A DNA stretch of 64,000 nucleotides. Source: an uncultured Verrucomicrobia subdivision 3 bacterium (GTDB lineage: Bacteria; Verrucomicrobiota; Verrucomicrobiia; Limisphaerales; UBA11358). The notes below the pieces were generated by a model. That model did not search any database and was not told where the DNA came from. It was given only the letters and a program-made list of their open reading frames with translations. Location: NCBI GenBank assembly GCA_903827955.1, contig CAIKKJ010000091.1:4514-68513 (forward strand). The letters are read 5' to 3'. Shown here piece by piece: positions 37,674 through 46,824 of the stretch. Within the stretch, counting starts at the first letter, position 1. Each line of letters opens with the position of its first letter. The position numbers and the translations under genes are program-made.

Positions 37674-39272
37674 GTGTCAAATCTCATCGCCATCGTCGGT
37701 CGGCCAAACGTCGGCAAGTCTGCGCTGTTCAACCGCATCATCAAAAAGCGCCTGGCCATCGTCCACGACATGCCCGGCGTGACGCGCGACCGTGTGACGT
37801 CCGAGGCCGAGTGGCGCGGCAAATCATTCACGCTAGTGGACACCGGCGGCATCGGCCTGTTGAAGCGCGAGAAGTCGGATGACATCATCGTCAAGGCAGC
37901 GTTCGAGCAGGTGGAAATCGCCATTGAATCCGCGAACGTCATCATCCTCGTCGTGAACGTCATTGACGGCATCGTGCCGCTGGATCGGGAAGTGGCGTCG
38001 CGATTGCGGAAGAGCGGCAAGCCGATTCTTGTCGCGGTGAACAAGGTGGACACGCACCGGTTGGAGGAGCAGGCGAATGAATTTTTGCGGCTTGGTTTCG
38101 ATAAGATTTTTCCCGTGACCGCAATTCACGGCGACGGCGTGGCGAACATGATGGACGCGGCGGCGGCGTTGTTGCCAGCCAATGCCGCAGAACCAATTGC
38201 AAGTGATGAGGAAGTGGCCGAGCTGGTCGAAGGCGAAACGCCCGAACCCAAGCCCAAGACTCCGGAACCCTTGAAGCTTGCCATCGTCGGCCGGCCCAAC
38301 GTTGGCAAGTCTTCCATCATCAACGCGCTGACCAATTCCCAGCGAGTCATCGTCTCGCCGATTCCCGGCACGACGCGCGACGCGGTGGACGTGCCGTTTG
38401 AGGTGGAGACGGACGGCGTGCGCCAGAAATATATTTTGATTGATACCGCCGGGATGCGGAAAAGCCGCCGCGTGGATGACACGGTGGAATTTTTCAGCGT
38501 GCAGCGTTCCGAGGAATCCATCGCGCGCAGCGATATCACGGTGCTGGTGATCGACGCCGAGGCGGGCATCACCGAGCAGGACAAAAAAATCGCCGACACC
38601 ATCGTCGAGCAGCGGCGTGCGTGCATCATCGTCATCAACAAATGGGATTTGTTCGACAAGGAAGTTCGCGAGGCGCGCGAGGAGGAGATAGAGAAACGCA
38701 ACGCAAAGAAGCGGACGGAAGGCCAGGCGAAAAATTTGACGACGCTGGCGGAGTTCGCCGGCTGGGTGCAGAAAAAATTATTTTTCCTCGACTACGCACC
38801 GGTGATTTTCACCTCGGCGAAAACGAATTTTCATCTGGACCGCCTGCTCGAAGCCGTGCGTTTCGTGGCGGCGCAACTGCAGCAGAAAATCCCAACCTCG
38901 ATTTTGAACCGCACCATCCGCGACGCCGTCGAGCGCCGCCAGCCGGTGAGCGCGGCAGGGCATCGCCTGAAATTTTTCTACGCCACGCAGGTGCGACAGG
39001 CGCCACCGACGTTCGTGTTGTTCGTGAACCGTGATGAGTTATTTTCGGACCAATACAAAAAAAATCTGACCGGCGAGCTGCGCACCGCCTTCGGCTTCGA
39101 AGGCTGTCCGATTCTCATCGTGCCAAAGGCGCGGCCAAAAACCATCGAACCCGTGCGGAAATTCCGCGCCAAACCCGGCCAGCCGCAGGCCGTGGCGGAT
39201 TCCTATCAACAACGCCGCCGGGAAAAATATTCGCGCACCGGCCGCGCGCATCGCCCCAAAACTAAGCGGTAG
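37674..39272 (+). CDS. der: Ribosome-biogenesis GTPase Der (EngA)
   Basis: Two G domains (IAIVGRPNVGKSALFN...DTGG...NKVD and LAIVGRPNVGKSSIIN...DTAG...NKWD) plus a KH-like domain. Start inferred at a GTG just before the first G1 motif. Has an acidic/Pro-rich inter-domain linker and a basic C-terminal tail. Confidence 0.95.
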   Translation: MSNLIAIVGRPNVGKSALFNRIIKKRLAIVHDMPGVTRDRVTSEAEWRGKSFTLVDTGGIGLLKREKSDDIIVKAAFEQVEIAIESANVIILVVNVIDGIVPLDREVASRLRKSGKPILVAVNKVDTHRLEEQANEFLRLGFDKIFPVTAIHGDGVANMMDAAAALLPANAAEPIASDEEVAELVEGETPEPKPKTPEPLKLAIVGRPNVGKSSIINALTNSQRVIVSPIPGTTRDAVDVPFEVETDGVRQKYILIDTAGMRKSRRVDDTVEFFSVQRSEESIARSDITVLVIDAEAGITEQDKKIADTIVEQRRACIIVINKWDLFDKEVREAREEEIEKRNAKKRTEGQAKNLTTLAEFAGWVQKKLFFLDYAPVIFTSAKTNFHLDRLLEAVRFVAAQLQQKIPTSILNRTIRDAVERRQPVSAAGHRLKFFYATQVRQAPPTFVLFVNRDELFSDQYKKNLTGELRTAFGFEGCPILIVPKARPKTIEPVRKFRAKPGQPQAVADSYQQRRREKYSRTGRAHRPKTKR

Positions 39273-39558
39273 AAAAGCGTCCGGTTGATGGTTTTTTTGC
39301 CGGAAGATTTCAGTGGCGCGTGAGAATTCCATTGATTTTATTTACGAAAATTGCGCTGCAACTTTTTTTGTAAAAATGTCTTGAAAGCCACAACGGGTGG
39401 TATCATGATGACCTCCGTCACCCAATTAGTTGGGGATTGCGGTTTCCTTGGGAATTCTGCGTATCCGATCAAATTGGGCTGTTTTTTTGCCAGACCTGGA
39501 GATTTCTTTCGTTCTCGAAACCACTGGTCTAAACCGTAACCGTAACCTGTTAAAAACC

Positions 39559-42500
39559 ATGATTGATGCACGCGAGGATGTTTTGACGTCGGCACCTGCC
39601 GCCGGACGCCGCCAAGGACAAAAAGTTTCCAGCTCACGCGGAATGAAGCCAGCCAAATCCGAATCCAAAAAATCGCTGCGCATTGAGCGCGTGTTCAGCG
39701 ACTCGAAGGTCAAGCCCTTCGACCAGATCGAATGGGACAAGCGCACCGCCGAAATCACCGACGACGCCGGCAAGGTCATCTTCAAGCAGGAAAATGTCGA
39801 GGTGCCGAAGTCTTGGTCGGTGCTGGCGACGAAAGTGGTCGTGTCGAAATATTTTTACGGCGAGCAGCACACCAGCGAGCGCGAAACTTCCGTCAAGCAG
39901 CTCATCCACCGCATCACGCGGACGATTTCCGATTGGGGTATCGCGGACGGATATTTCAGCAAGGCGGACGGCGAGATTTTTTACGAGGAACTCACTTGGC
40001 TTTGCTTGAACCAATACGGCGCGTTCAATTCGCCGGTGTGGTTCAACGTCGGCCTCCATCACGAATACGGCGTCGGCAAGAAATCCGGCAAGGGCAACTG
40101 GTTTTACAATCCCAAGACCGGCGAGGCCGAGCGCGCCGCGACACAATACGAGTATCCGCAGGGCAGCGCTTGTTTCATCCAGTCCGTTAAGGACGACATG
40201 GAATCCATCATGCACCTCTGCTATAGCGAGGCGATGCTGTTCAAGTATGGTTCCGGCACCGGCACCGATCTTTCGCCGATTCGTTCGAGCCGCGAAAAAT
40301 TGAGCGGCGGCGGCCGCCCGAGCGGACCGATGAGTTTTCTGAAGGTTTATGACCAAGTTGCGAATGTCGTGAAGTCCGGTGGCAAGACCCGTCGCGCCGC
40401 GAAGATGAACACGTTGCGCGACTGGCATGGCGACATCGAAGAATTCATTGATGCCAAGCAGAAAGAAGAGAAGAAGGCTTGGGCGCTCATTGAGCAGGGT
40501 TACGACGGTTCTTACAACGGCGATGCCTACGGCAGCGTGATGTATCAGAACGAAAATCTTTCCGTCCGCGCCAGCGACGAATTTTTTGAAGCCGCACTCG
40601 CGGGCAAAGAATGGTGGACCAAGACCGTCAAGGGCGACAAGCCGCTCCAGAAAAAAGACGCGAGCAAGTTGCTTGATAAAATCGCAGAAGGCACGCACAT
40701 CTGCGGCGACCCCGGTATTCAATACGACGGCGCGATCCAGAAGTGGCACACCTGCAAAGGCACCGAGCCGATTCACTCCACGAATCCGTGCAGCGAATAC
40801 GTTTTTGTCAACAACACCGCGTGTAATCTCGCGTCGTTGAACTTGATGAAGTTCAAGCGCGCCGACGACAAGTTTGATGTGGAACGCTTCAAAGCCGCGT
40901 GCCGTATTTTTATCACCGCGCAGGAAATTCTCGTGGACAACGCGAGCTATCCGACGAAAGAAATCGCGGAAAATTCCCACATCTTCCGCACACTTGGCCT
41001 CGGCTTTGCGAATCTCGGTTCGCTCTGCATGAGCTACGGCTTGCCTTACGATTCCGACGAAGGCCGCGCGCTCGCTGGCGCAATCACGTCCATCATGACT
41101 GGTCATGCTTACGAGCAGTCCGCCGAAATTGCCGCGACGACAGGCGCATTCAAAGGCTATCACGATGCGCGTTGCGCGGGTGTGGAAAAAACTGTCTCCA
41201 AGGACAACGTCGAATCTATGCTCGGCGTCATTAAGCTCCACCGTGACGCCGTGGAGACGATTCAACCGAGCGCGGAATTTAATTACCTCAAGACCGAAGC
41301 CCGCAAAACGTGGGACAGCGCGCTCGCCAAAGGTAAGCAACACGGCTACCGCAACGCCCAAGTCACCGTGCTCGCGCCAACCGGCACCATTGCCTTCCTT
41401 ATGGATTGCGATACGACCGGCGTCGAACCCGACATTGCGCTCGTGAAATACAAACTGCTCGCTGGTGGCGGCATGTTGAAGATCGTCAATCGCGGCGTGC
41501 CTGATGCGCTCCGGCGTCTCGGCTACAGCGAGACCGACAACAAGCAAATCATCGCGCACATTGAGAAGTTTGACACGATTGAAGACGTCGAAGAAAACGG
41601 TGAGACCATCAAGAGTGGACTCAAGGCCGAGCATATGCCTGTGTTCGATTGCGCATTCAAGCCGTCGCGCGGCAAGCGCAGCATCGGTTACATGGCGCAT
41701 TTGAAAATGATGTCCGCCGCGCAGCCGTTCATCAGTGGTGCGATTTCCAAGACCGTCAACATGCCGAGCGAATGCACCGTCGCTGAAATCCGCGATACTT
41801 ACGTTCAGGCGTGGAAGATGGGTTTGAAGTGCGTGGCGATTTATCGCGACGGCTCCAAACGTTCGCAACCGCTCAACACCAAGAAGACCAACGAAGGCGG
41901 CGACAAATCCGCCGCCGCTGCGCCCGCGCTCGACGCCCGCATCAAGGAACTCGAAACCGAAGTCGTCAAACTGCGCGCCGAATCCGGCAAGCCGTTGCGC
42001 CGTCGCCTGTCCGACACGCGTCAGGCGCTCACGCACAAGTTCGACATCGCCGGCCACGAAGGTTATCTCACCGTCGGTCTGTTCGATGACGGCGCGCCCG
42101 GCGAACTGTTCATCACGATGGCCAAGGAAGGTTCCACCATTGGCGGCTTGATGGACAGCATCGGCACGCTCACCAGCATGGCGTTCCAATACGGTGTGCC
42201 GCTGGATGCGCTCGTCCGCAAGTTTGCGCACCAGCGCTTCGAGCCGAGCGGTTTCACGAAGAATCCGGAAATCCGCAACGCCTCGTCCATCACGGACTAC
42301 GTTTTCCGCTGGCTCGCGTTCCAGTTCATTCCCGGCTACCGCGAAAGCGTGGCTGGCCCGCGTAACCAGCCCGAGCTCGTCATGCCCGGCTTGATCGAGG
42401 AAATGAAAAAGCAGATCAACCGTCCCGTGCCGGAACTGCCGATGGCCGACGACACCGACATCATTGAATTGAAAAAAACGTCCGTCCGCCGCTCACAGAC

Positions 42501-42624
42501 GCTGACCTCGATGATTACGAATCAACAGGACGCACCGACGTGTCCGAACTGCGGCAATGTCGTCGTCCGCAACGGTGCGTGCTACAAATGCCTGAACTGC
42601 GGCGAAAGCCTCGGTTGCTCGTAA
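39559..42624 (+). CDS. nrdJ: Adenosylcobalamin-dependent (class II) ribonucleotide reductase
   Basis: LRIERVFSD near the N-terminus, active-site region NPCSEYVFVNNTACNLASLNL, and C-terminal Cys cluster CPNCGNVVVRNGACYKCLNCG. Alternative start at ATG 39643. Confidence 0.95.
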   Translation: MIDAREDVLTSAPAAGRRQGQKVSSSRGMKPAKSESKKSLRIERVFSDSKVKPFDQIEWDKRTAEITDDAGKVIFKQENVEVPKSWSVLATKVVVSKYFYGEQHTSERETSVKQLIHRITRTISDWGIADGYFSKADGEIFYEELTWLCLNQYGAFNSPVWFNVGLHHEYGVGKKSGKGNWFYNPKTGEAERAATQYEYPQGSACFIQSVKDDMESIMHLCYSEAMLFKYGSGTGTDLSPIRSSREKLSGGGRPSGPMSFLKVYDQVANVVKSGGKTRRAAKMNTLRDWHGDIEEFIDAKQKEEKKAWALIEQGYDGSYNGDAYGSVMYQNENLSVRASDEFFEAALAGKEWWTKTVKGDKPLQKKDASKLLDKIAEGTHICGDPGIQYDGAIQKWHTCKGTEPIHSTNPCSEYVFVNNTACNLASLNLMKFKRADDKFDVERFKAACRIFITAQEILVDNASYPTKEIAENSHIFRTLGLGFANLGSLCMSYGLPYDSDEGRALAGAITSIMTGHAYEQSAEIAATTGAFKGYHDARCAGVEKTVSKDNVESMLGVIKLHRDAVETIQPSAEFNYLKTEARKTWDSALAKGKQHGYRNAQVTVLAPTGTIAFLMDCDTTGVEPDIALVKYKLLAGGGMLKIVNRGVPDALRRLGYSETDNKQIIAHIEKFDTIEDVEENGETIKSGLKAEHMPVFDCAFKPSRGKRSIGYMAHLKMMSAAQPFISGAISKTVNMPSECTVAEIRDTYVQAWKMGLKCVAIYRDGSKRSQPLNTKKTNEGGDKSAAAAPALDARIKELETEVVKLRAESGKPLRRRLSDTRQALTHKFDIAGHEGYLTVGLFDDGAPGELFITMAKEGSTIGGLMDSIGTLTSMAFQYGVPLDALVRKFAHQRFEPSGFTKNPEIRNASSITDYVFRWLAFQFIPGYRESVAGPRNQPELVMPGLIEEMKKQINRPVPELPMADDTDIIELKKTSVRRSQTLTSMITNQQDAPTCPNCGNVVVRNGACYKCLNCGESLGCS

Positions 42625-42642
42625 AAATCCCAAATCACCAGC

Positions 42643-42680
42643 AAGCCGGAGAATTTATTTTCTCCGGCTTGTTTCATTTT
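42643..42680 (+). terminator. Rho-independent terminator after nrdJ
   Basis: aagccggagaa-tttatt-ttctccggctt (11-bp perfect stem) followed by gtttcatttt. Confidence 0.8.
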
Positions 42681-42713
42681 GACAGCGCCGTGAAACCGGT
42701 TCAAAGTCCACCC

Positions 42714-43346
42714 ATGAAAATAATTCTTCCGGCACTCTGCCTGGGCGTTTTCATTTTGATCGGCTGCGGCAGTCTGCCGGCGAGCAAGCCGGTCAAACAA
42801 ACTTGGTCGAGCTTTGATTTGCCCTCCGAGCATTCGCCCAAGCAATTCAAGCCGGGGCAGATGGATTTTTCAGGGGTGGATGTGAGTCAGGCGCTGGTGT
42901 TTTATCAAAAACTTTCAGGGCGGACGGTGGTGCGGGGAATTTTGCCGGACGGAATGATTCGGATAAAAAGCGAGACGCCGCTCACGCAAATCCAAGTCTT
43001 GCAGTTGCTCGACACGCTGCTGGCGGAACAAGGTGTGGCGATGATTCCAACGGGAGAAACGATTGTCCGCGCCGTGCCGGTGGCACAGGCCGTTTCGGAA
43101 AACCCGCCGGAGATCAATCTGCCGTGGGGCTTGCTGCCGGAATCAAAATCCGTCATGACCCGCACCATTCATCTGAAAAAACTGAAGCCGTCGGAAGTCC
43201 TGCCCGTGCTGGCGCCGCTCGCCGGTCTGCCCAACAGCATTTTGGCCGTGGATCGCCAGCACCTGCTCATCCTTCGCGATTATTCCGCCAACATTCGCCG
43301 CCAGTTGCAGCTATTGGAGGAATTGGAGGCGAAGGCATCTCGATAA
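42714..43346 (+). CDS. Lipoprotein composed of secretin N0- and N1-like domains only (no secretin pore domain)
   Basis: Lipobox FILIGC. N0-like: MDFSGVDVSQALVFYQKLSGRTVVRGILPDGMIRIKSETPLTQIQVLQLLDTLLAEQGVAMIP. N1-like: TRTIHLKKLKPSEVLPVLAPLAGLPNSILAVDRQHLLILRDYSANIRRQLQLLEELE. Stops about 210 aa in. Confidence 0.7.
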   Translation: MKIILPALCLGVFILIGCGSLPASKPVKQTWSSFDLPSEHSPKQFKPGQMDFSGVDVSQALVFYQKLSGRTVVRGILPDGMIRIKSETPLTQIQVLQLLDTLLAEQGVAMIPTGETIVRAVPVAQAVSENPPEINLPWGLLPESKSVMTRTIHLKKLKPSEVLPVLAPLAGLPNSILAVDRQHLLILRDYSANIRRQLQLLEELEAKASR

Positions 43347-43465
43347 TTGCTAGGGTGGCATATGCCGTTCACTCCCGCCCCTGTGCCTCCAGATGGCACA
43401 ACTTCTGGTTTTGATATTTTGCCGAAGACGATTTAACCTCTCAATTCATCAGCTCGCATAACAAA

Positions 43466-44281
43466 ATGAAAACACATTCCATTGCTTCCCGCCGGAATTT
43501 TTTCCGCGCGTTCACGCTCATTGAACTGCTCGTTGTCATCGCCATCATCGCAATTCTCGCGGCGATGCTGCTGCCGGCATTGTCAAAGGCAAAGGAAAAA
43601 GCCAAGCGCATCAATTGCGTGAGCAACCTCAAACAATGCGGCGTCGCCATAGCAGTGTATGCCACCGACAACCGCGATTTCTTGCCGCAGGCGCCGGATC
43701 CGAACAACACCACGATGGGCAACCCGCTTTCAGCCAAGGCCGGCGGTGACCTTTGGGATTTGCCCAATGCCATCGGCAATGCCATCGCATCAGGCAAAAT
43801 GGATATTTGTTTTTGCCCAAGCAGCTATGCTTCCAAGGAAAAGGGGAACCTGCTCCAGTTTTGGAATTTTCAGTCCGCCGCCCCTTACACCAGCGAGGGC
43901 GGTTACAAGTCCACGGGATACGTCTGGATGATGAAGCGCAACGACAACACTAATCCGAACAACCCCACGATGAATCCCAACCCCGCCCGCCCGCGAAATC
44001 TTATTCTGAAACTTTCGCGGCAGGCCAACAGCAACGTCGCCATTGCCGATACGGAACTGGGTGCAGACATCACCATTTCCGACGGCCCCAATCGCAACAC
44101 CGCAAAATTCACGGGCGTCTATTCAGGGACGCTTCCGCAGGGATTCAACAGCAATCACATGAATTCTAGACGGCCGGAGGGTGGAAGCATTCTCTTCCAA
44201 GACAGCCACGTTGGCTGGCGGCCATTCCGTGACATGGACTGGATTACTTATGATGGGAACAACCGGTATCAGTGGTTTTGA
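43466..44281 (+). CDS. Prepilin-type N-terminal cleavage/methylation domain protein, degenerate H-X9-DG family member
   Basis: [33 protein letters not shown]. The C-terminal motif position reads [14 protein letters not shown], so the His is replaced by Arg and DG by DS. Confidence 0.8.
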   Translation: MKTHSIASRRNFFRAFTLIELLVVIAIIAILAAMLLPALSKAKEKAKRINCVSNLKQCGVAIAVYATDNRDFLPQAPDPNNTTMGNPLSAKAGGDLWDLPNAIGNAIASGKMDICFCPSSYASKEKGNLLQFWNFQSAAPYTSEGGYKSTGYVWMMKRNDNTNPNNPTMNPNPARPRNLILKLSRQANSNVAIADTELGADITISDGPNRNTAKFTGVYSGTLPQGFNSNHMNSRRPEGGSILFQDSHVGWRPFRDMDWITYDGNNRYQWF

Positions 44282-44309
44282 TTCCGCAGATATTTTGCCA
44301 AACTTTTCC

Positions 44310-44348
44310 AAGCGTTGAAGCGCCCGCCGCTTCAACGCTTTGATTTTT
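44310..44348 (+). terminator. Rho-independent terminator after the second pseudopilin-like gene
   Basis: aagcgttgaagcg-cccgc-cgcttcaacgctt (13-bp perfect stem) followed by tgattttt. Confidence 0.85.
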
Positions 44349-44355
44349 CCCGCGC

Positions 44356-45051
44356 TTGAACTATGTTGCGCCCATGAGCGACAACACCACCTTCGTCCAC
44401 GAAGACCCGTGGCGCATCTTCCGCATCATGGCGGAGTTTGTGGACTCGTTCCAGACGATGTCCCAAGTCGGCCCCGCCGTGACCATCTTTGGCTCGGCGC
44501 GCACGAAGCCGAGCGACAAATATTATCGCGCCGCGCAGGCCATCGCCAAAGGACTTGCCAAGCACAACCTTGCCACCGTCACCGGCGGCGGGCCGGGCAT
44601 CATGGAGGCGGCGAATAAGGGCGCGGCGCACGCCGGTGGAAAATCCGTCGGTCTCAACATCGAACTGCCGCACGAGCAAGGCGGGAACAAGTTCGCGAAC
44701 GTGCCGATTCATTTCCATTATTTTTTTGCGCGCAAAGTCTGCTTCGTGAAATACAGCCTCGGCTTCGTGTTTATGCCCGGCGGTTTCGGCACGCTGGATG
44801 AATTTTTTGAAGTGCTCACGCTCGTGCAGACGCAGCGTATCCCGCAATTCCCGCTGATTCTTTTCGGCAGCGAGCATTGGAAAGGTTTGCTGGCGTGGAT
44901 GAAAACGCGCCTCGAAAAAGACAAGTTCATCAGCCCCGGCGACCTCGACCTCATCAAACTCACGGACGACGTGGACGAGGTCATTAAAATCATCCGTGAC
45001 TACGAACGCCGCATCGGCCATCCGGGAACGCCGCCGCAGGCGTTTGCGTAA
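44356..45051 (+). CDS. LOG family nucleotide 5'-monophosphate nucleosidase (TIGR00730-type)
   Basis: VTIFGSARTK, TGGGPGIMEAANKGA and PGGFGTLDEFFEVLTLVQT. Confidence 0.9.
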   Translation: MNYVAPMSDNTTFVHEDPWRIFRIMAEFVDSFQTMSQVGPAVTIFGSARTKPSDKYYRAAQAIAKGLAKHNLATVTGGGPGIMEAANKGAAHAGGKSVGLNIELPHEQGGNKFANVPIHFHYFFARKVCFVKYSLGFVFMPGGFGTLDEFFEVLTLVQTQRIPQFPLILFGSEHWKGLLAWMKTRLEKDKFISPGDLDLIKLTDDVDEVIKIIRDYERRIGHPGTPPQAFA

Positions 45052-45068
45052 TCACACCGGATTTTCGC

Positions 45069-45275
45069 ATGAAATTGACCAACGACAGCTATGTCATTTT
45101 GATTGGCACGAAAAAATTTACCGAACGCTATCAGCGCGACAAAACCGGTTGGTTGAAAATTTCTGCACGTGGCCGAACGTTTCGGATGACCGCTGAACAG
45201 GTTCTGAACCACGTCCTGCCCGCTCTAGCTGGCGTGAAACCCGACCTGACCATCAAAGTCGAATACCAAGGTTAA
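45069..45275 (+). CDS. Small hypothetical protein, apparently translationally coupled to pabB
   Basis: 68-aa ORF whose TAA overlaps the pabB ATG (TAATG). No domain recognised. Confidence 0.4.
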   Translation: MKLTNDSYVILIGTKKFTERYQRDKTGWLKISARGRTFRMTAEQVLNHVLPALAGVKPDLTIKVEYQG

Positions 45276-46732
45276 TGCGCCCGCTAATCCAAGAAATCCG
45301 AACCGCGCACACGCCGGAGTCGCTTGTCGAAAATCTTCAGGGCGAAAACGGAATCGTGTTGCTGCGCACGTCGCAGTTTGATTCGCCGGCGGCGCGCTAC
45401 TCGTTCGTTGCGGTCAATCCGTTTCTTACCTTCCGCAGCTTCGGCTCGCGCTGCGAAATTTCGAACTCCCAAGTCCAATTCGGCAACCCGTGGCATTTGC
45501 TCGATGCGCTGATGGCGCGCTATGAACTGCTGGATGAAATTGATTCACCGTTCCCGCTCGGCGGCGCGTTTGGCTACTGGGGCTACGACCTGAAAAACTT
45601 CACCGAGCCGAAACTCCCGCGTCGCGCGGTGAACGATCTGGAGTTACCCGATTGCCACGTTGGTTTCTACGACAGCCTCGCGGTCTTCGATCACCAACTC
45701 AGCAAGGTTAGCATCATTTCCACCGGCCTGAACGCCGACGGCTCGCGGAGTGAGGCACGGGCAAAGGCGAAGTTGCATTTCTGGCATTCAATCCTTACAA
45801 CGCAAGAATTGCCACAGAGGCGCAGAGATACTGAGGAGGGAAATAACTCTAATTCTCCGTGCCTCTGTGCCGCTGTGGCCAAACCTGAATCTAATCTTTC
45901 CAGCAGTGATTTCATTGCTGCCGTTGAACGCGCCCAGTGCTACATCCGCGCCGGCGACATTTATCAGGTCAACCTCTCACACCGGCTCACGGCGCAGGGC
46001 GATTTTGCCGGCTGGGAACTGTTTGAAAAATTGAGCGCCGTTTCGCCTGCGCCGTTTTCCGCGTTTCTGGATTGCGGTGATTTTGAAATCGCCTCGTCTT
46101 CGCCGGAACAATTTCTGCGCATGAGCGGCGCGCATATCCAGACGCGCCCCATCAAAGGCACGCGTCCGCGCGACAGCGACCCGACGCGCGACGCGCAGCT
46201 CGCCTACGAATTGCAGACGAGCACGAAGGAACTTGCCGAGTTGGTGATGATCACCGACTTGCTGCGAAATGATCTGGGCAAAGTTTGCGAATATGGTTCC
46301 GTGCAGACGCCCGATCTGGCGCGACTGGAGAAATTTGCGCAGGTGCAGCATCTCGTTTCCACCGTCGAGGGACGGCTGCGGAAGGACGTGACGCATTTTG
46401 CCGCGCTGGCGTCCAGTTTCCCCGGCGGCAGCATCACCGGCGCGCCGAAATTTCGCGCGATGGAAATCATTGACGAGCTGGAACCGGTTTCGCGCGGACC
46501 GTATTGCGGCGCGATGGGCTACCTCGGTTTCAACCGCGAGAGCCAGTTGAGCATCGCCATCCGCACGGCCGTTTGCGCGGCGGGGAAAATCCATTTTAAC
46601 GTCGGTGCCGGGATTGTGGCCGATTCCAATCCGGCGGCGGAATACGAGGAAACATTGGCCAAGGCGCGGGGTTTCTTGGCCGCGTTGCAATTGACCTCGC
46701 CGCAATCAGAAACCGCCGCGCCGGATCGCTGA
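45275..46732 (+). CDS. pabB: Aminodeoxychorismate synthase component I (chorismate-binding enzyme family)
   Basis: GDIYQVNLSHR, PEQFLRM...IQTRPIKGTRPR and GGSITGAPKFRAMEIIDELEPVSRGPYCGAMGY. Followed by a class IV aminotransferase (pabC-like), which supports PabB over TrpE. Confidence 0.85.
   Translation: MRPLIQEIRTAHTPESLVENLQGENGIVLLRTSQFDSPAARYSFVAVNPFLTFRSFGSRCEISNSQVQFGNPWHLLDALMARYELLDEIDSPFPLGGAFGYWGYDLKNFTEPKLPRRAVNDLELPDCHVGFYDSLAVFDHQLSKVSIISTGLNADGSRSEARAKAKLHFWHSILTTQELPQRRRDTEEGNNSNSPCLCAAVAKPESNLSSSDFIAAVERAQCYIRAGDIYQVNLSHRLTAQGDFAGWELFEKLSAVSPAPFSAFLDCGDFEIASSSPEQFLRMSGAHIQTRPIKGTRPRDSDPTRDAQLAYELQTSTKELAELVMITDLLRNDLGKVCEYGSVQTPDLARLEKFAQVQHLVSTVEGRLRKDVTHFAALASSFPGGSITGAPKFRAMEIIDELEPVSRGPYCGAMGYLGFNRESQLSIAIRTAVCAAGKIHFNVGAGIVADSNPAAEYEETLAKARGFLAALQLTSPQSETAAPDR
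45811..45879. repeat. 69-nt imperfect palindromic element lying in frame inside pabB
   Basis: gccacagaggcgcagagatactgagg...ctccgtgcctctgtgccgctgtggc. Hand pairing gives 21 Watson-Crick plus 3 G-T pairs out of 27. The length is a multiple of 3. It encodes PQRRRDTEEGNNSNSPCLCAAV in the variable linker before GDIYQVNL. Confidence 0.7.
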
Positions 46733-46824
46733 GCTTGCCGGTTTCGGTGAACAAGTGCGGTGATTTTCTGCTCGCACACCTTGCGGAAATTGCTATTTTT
46801 ATTCTCATAGGAAACGGGATTCCC

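Noticed and set aside
39273-39558. Cobalamin riboswitch or NrdR boxes upstream of the B12-dependent nrdJ.
   Set aside because: I could not find the B12-box/GCCACTG-type core with its flanking conserved helices, nor a 16-bp NrdR-type palindrome pair. Only small generic hairpins are present. The region is kept as an unexplained long leader.
39634-42231. Very long antisense ORFs opposite real genes. Examples: 865 aa opposite nrdJ; also 2271-3758, 11256-12359, 19525-20394, 22122-23081, 44332-45021, 55432-56343 and 58282-59439.
   Set aside because: Their translations are Arg/Ala/Gly/His-rich low-complexity sequence with no motifs. The opposite strand in each case encodes a protein with clear family signatures. 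These are typical shadow ORFs of GC-rich DNA.
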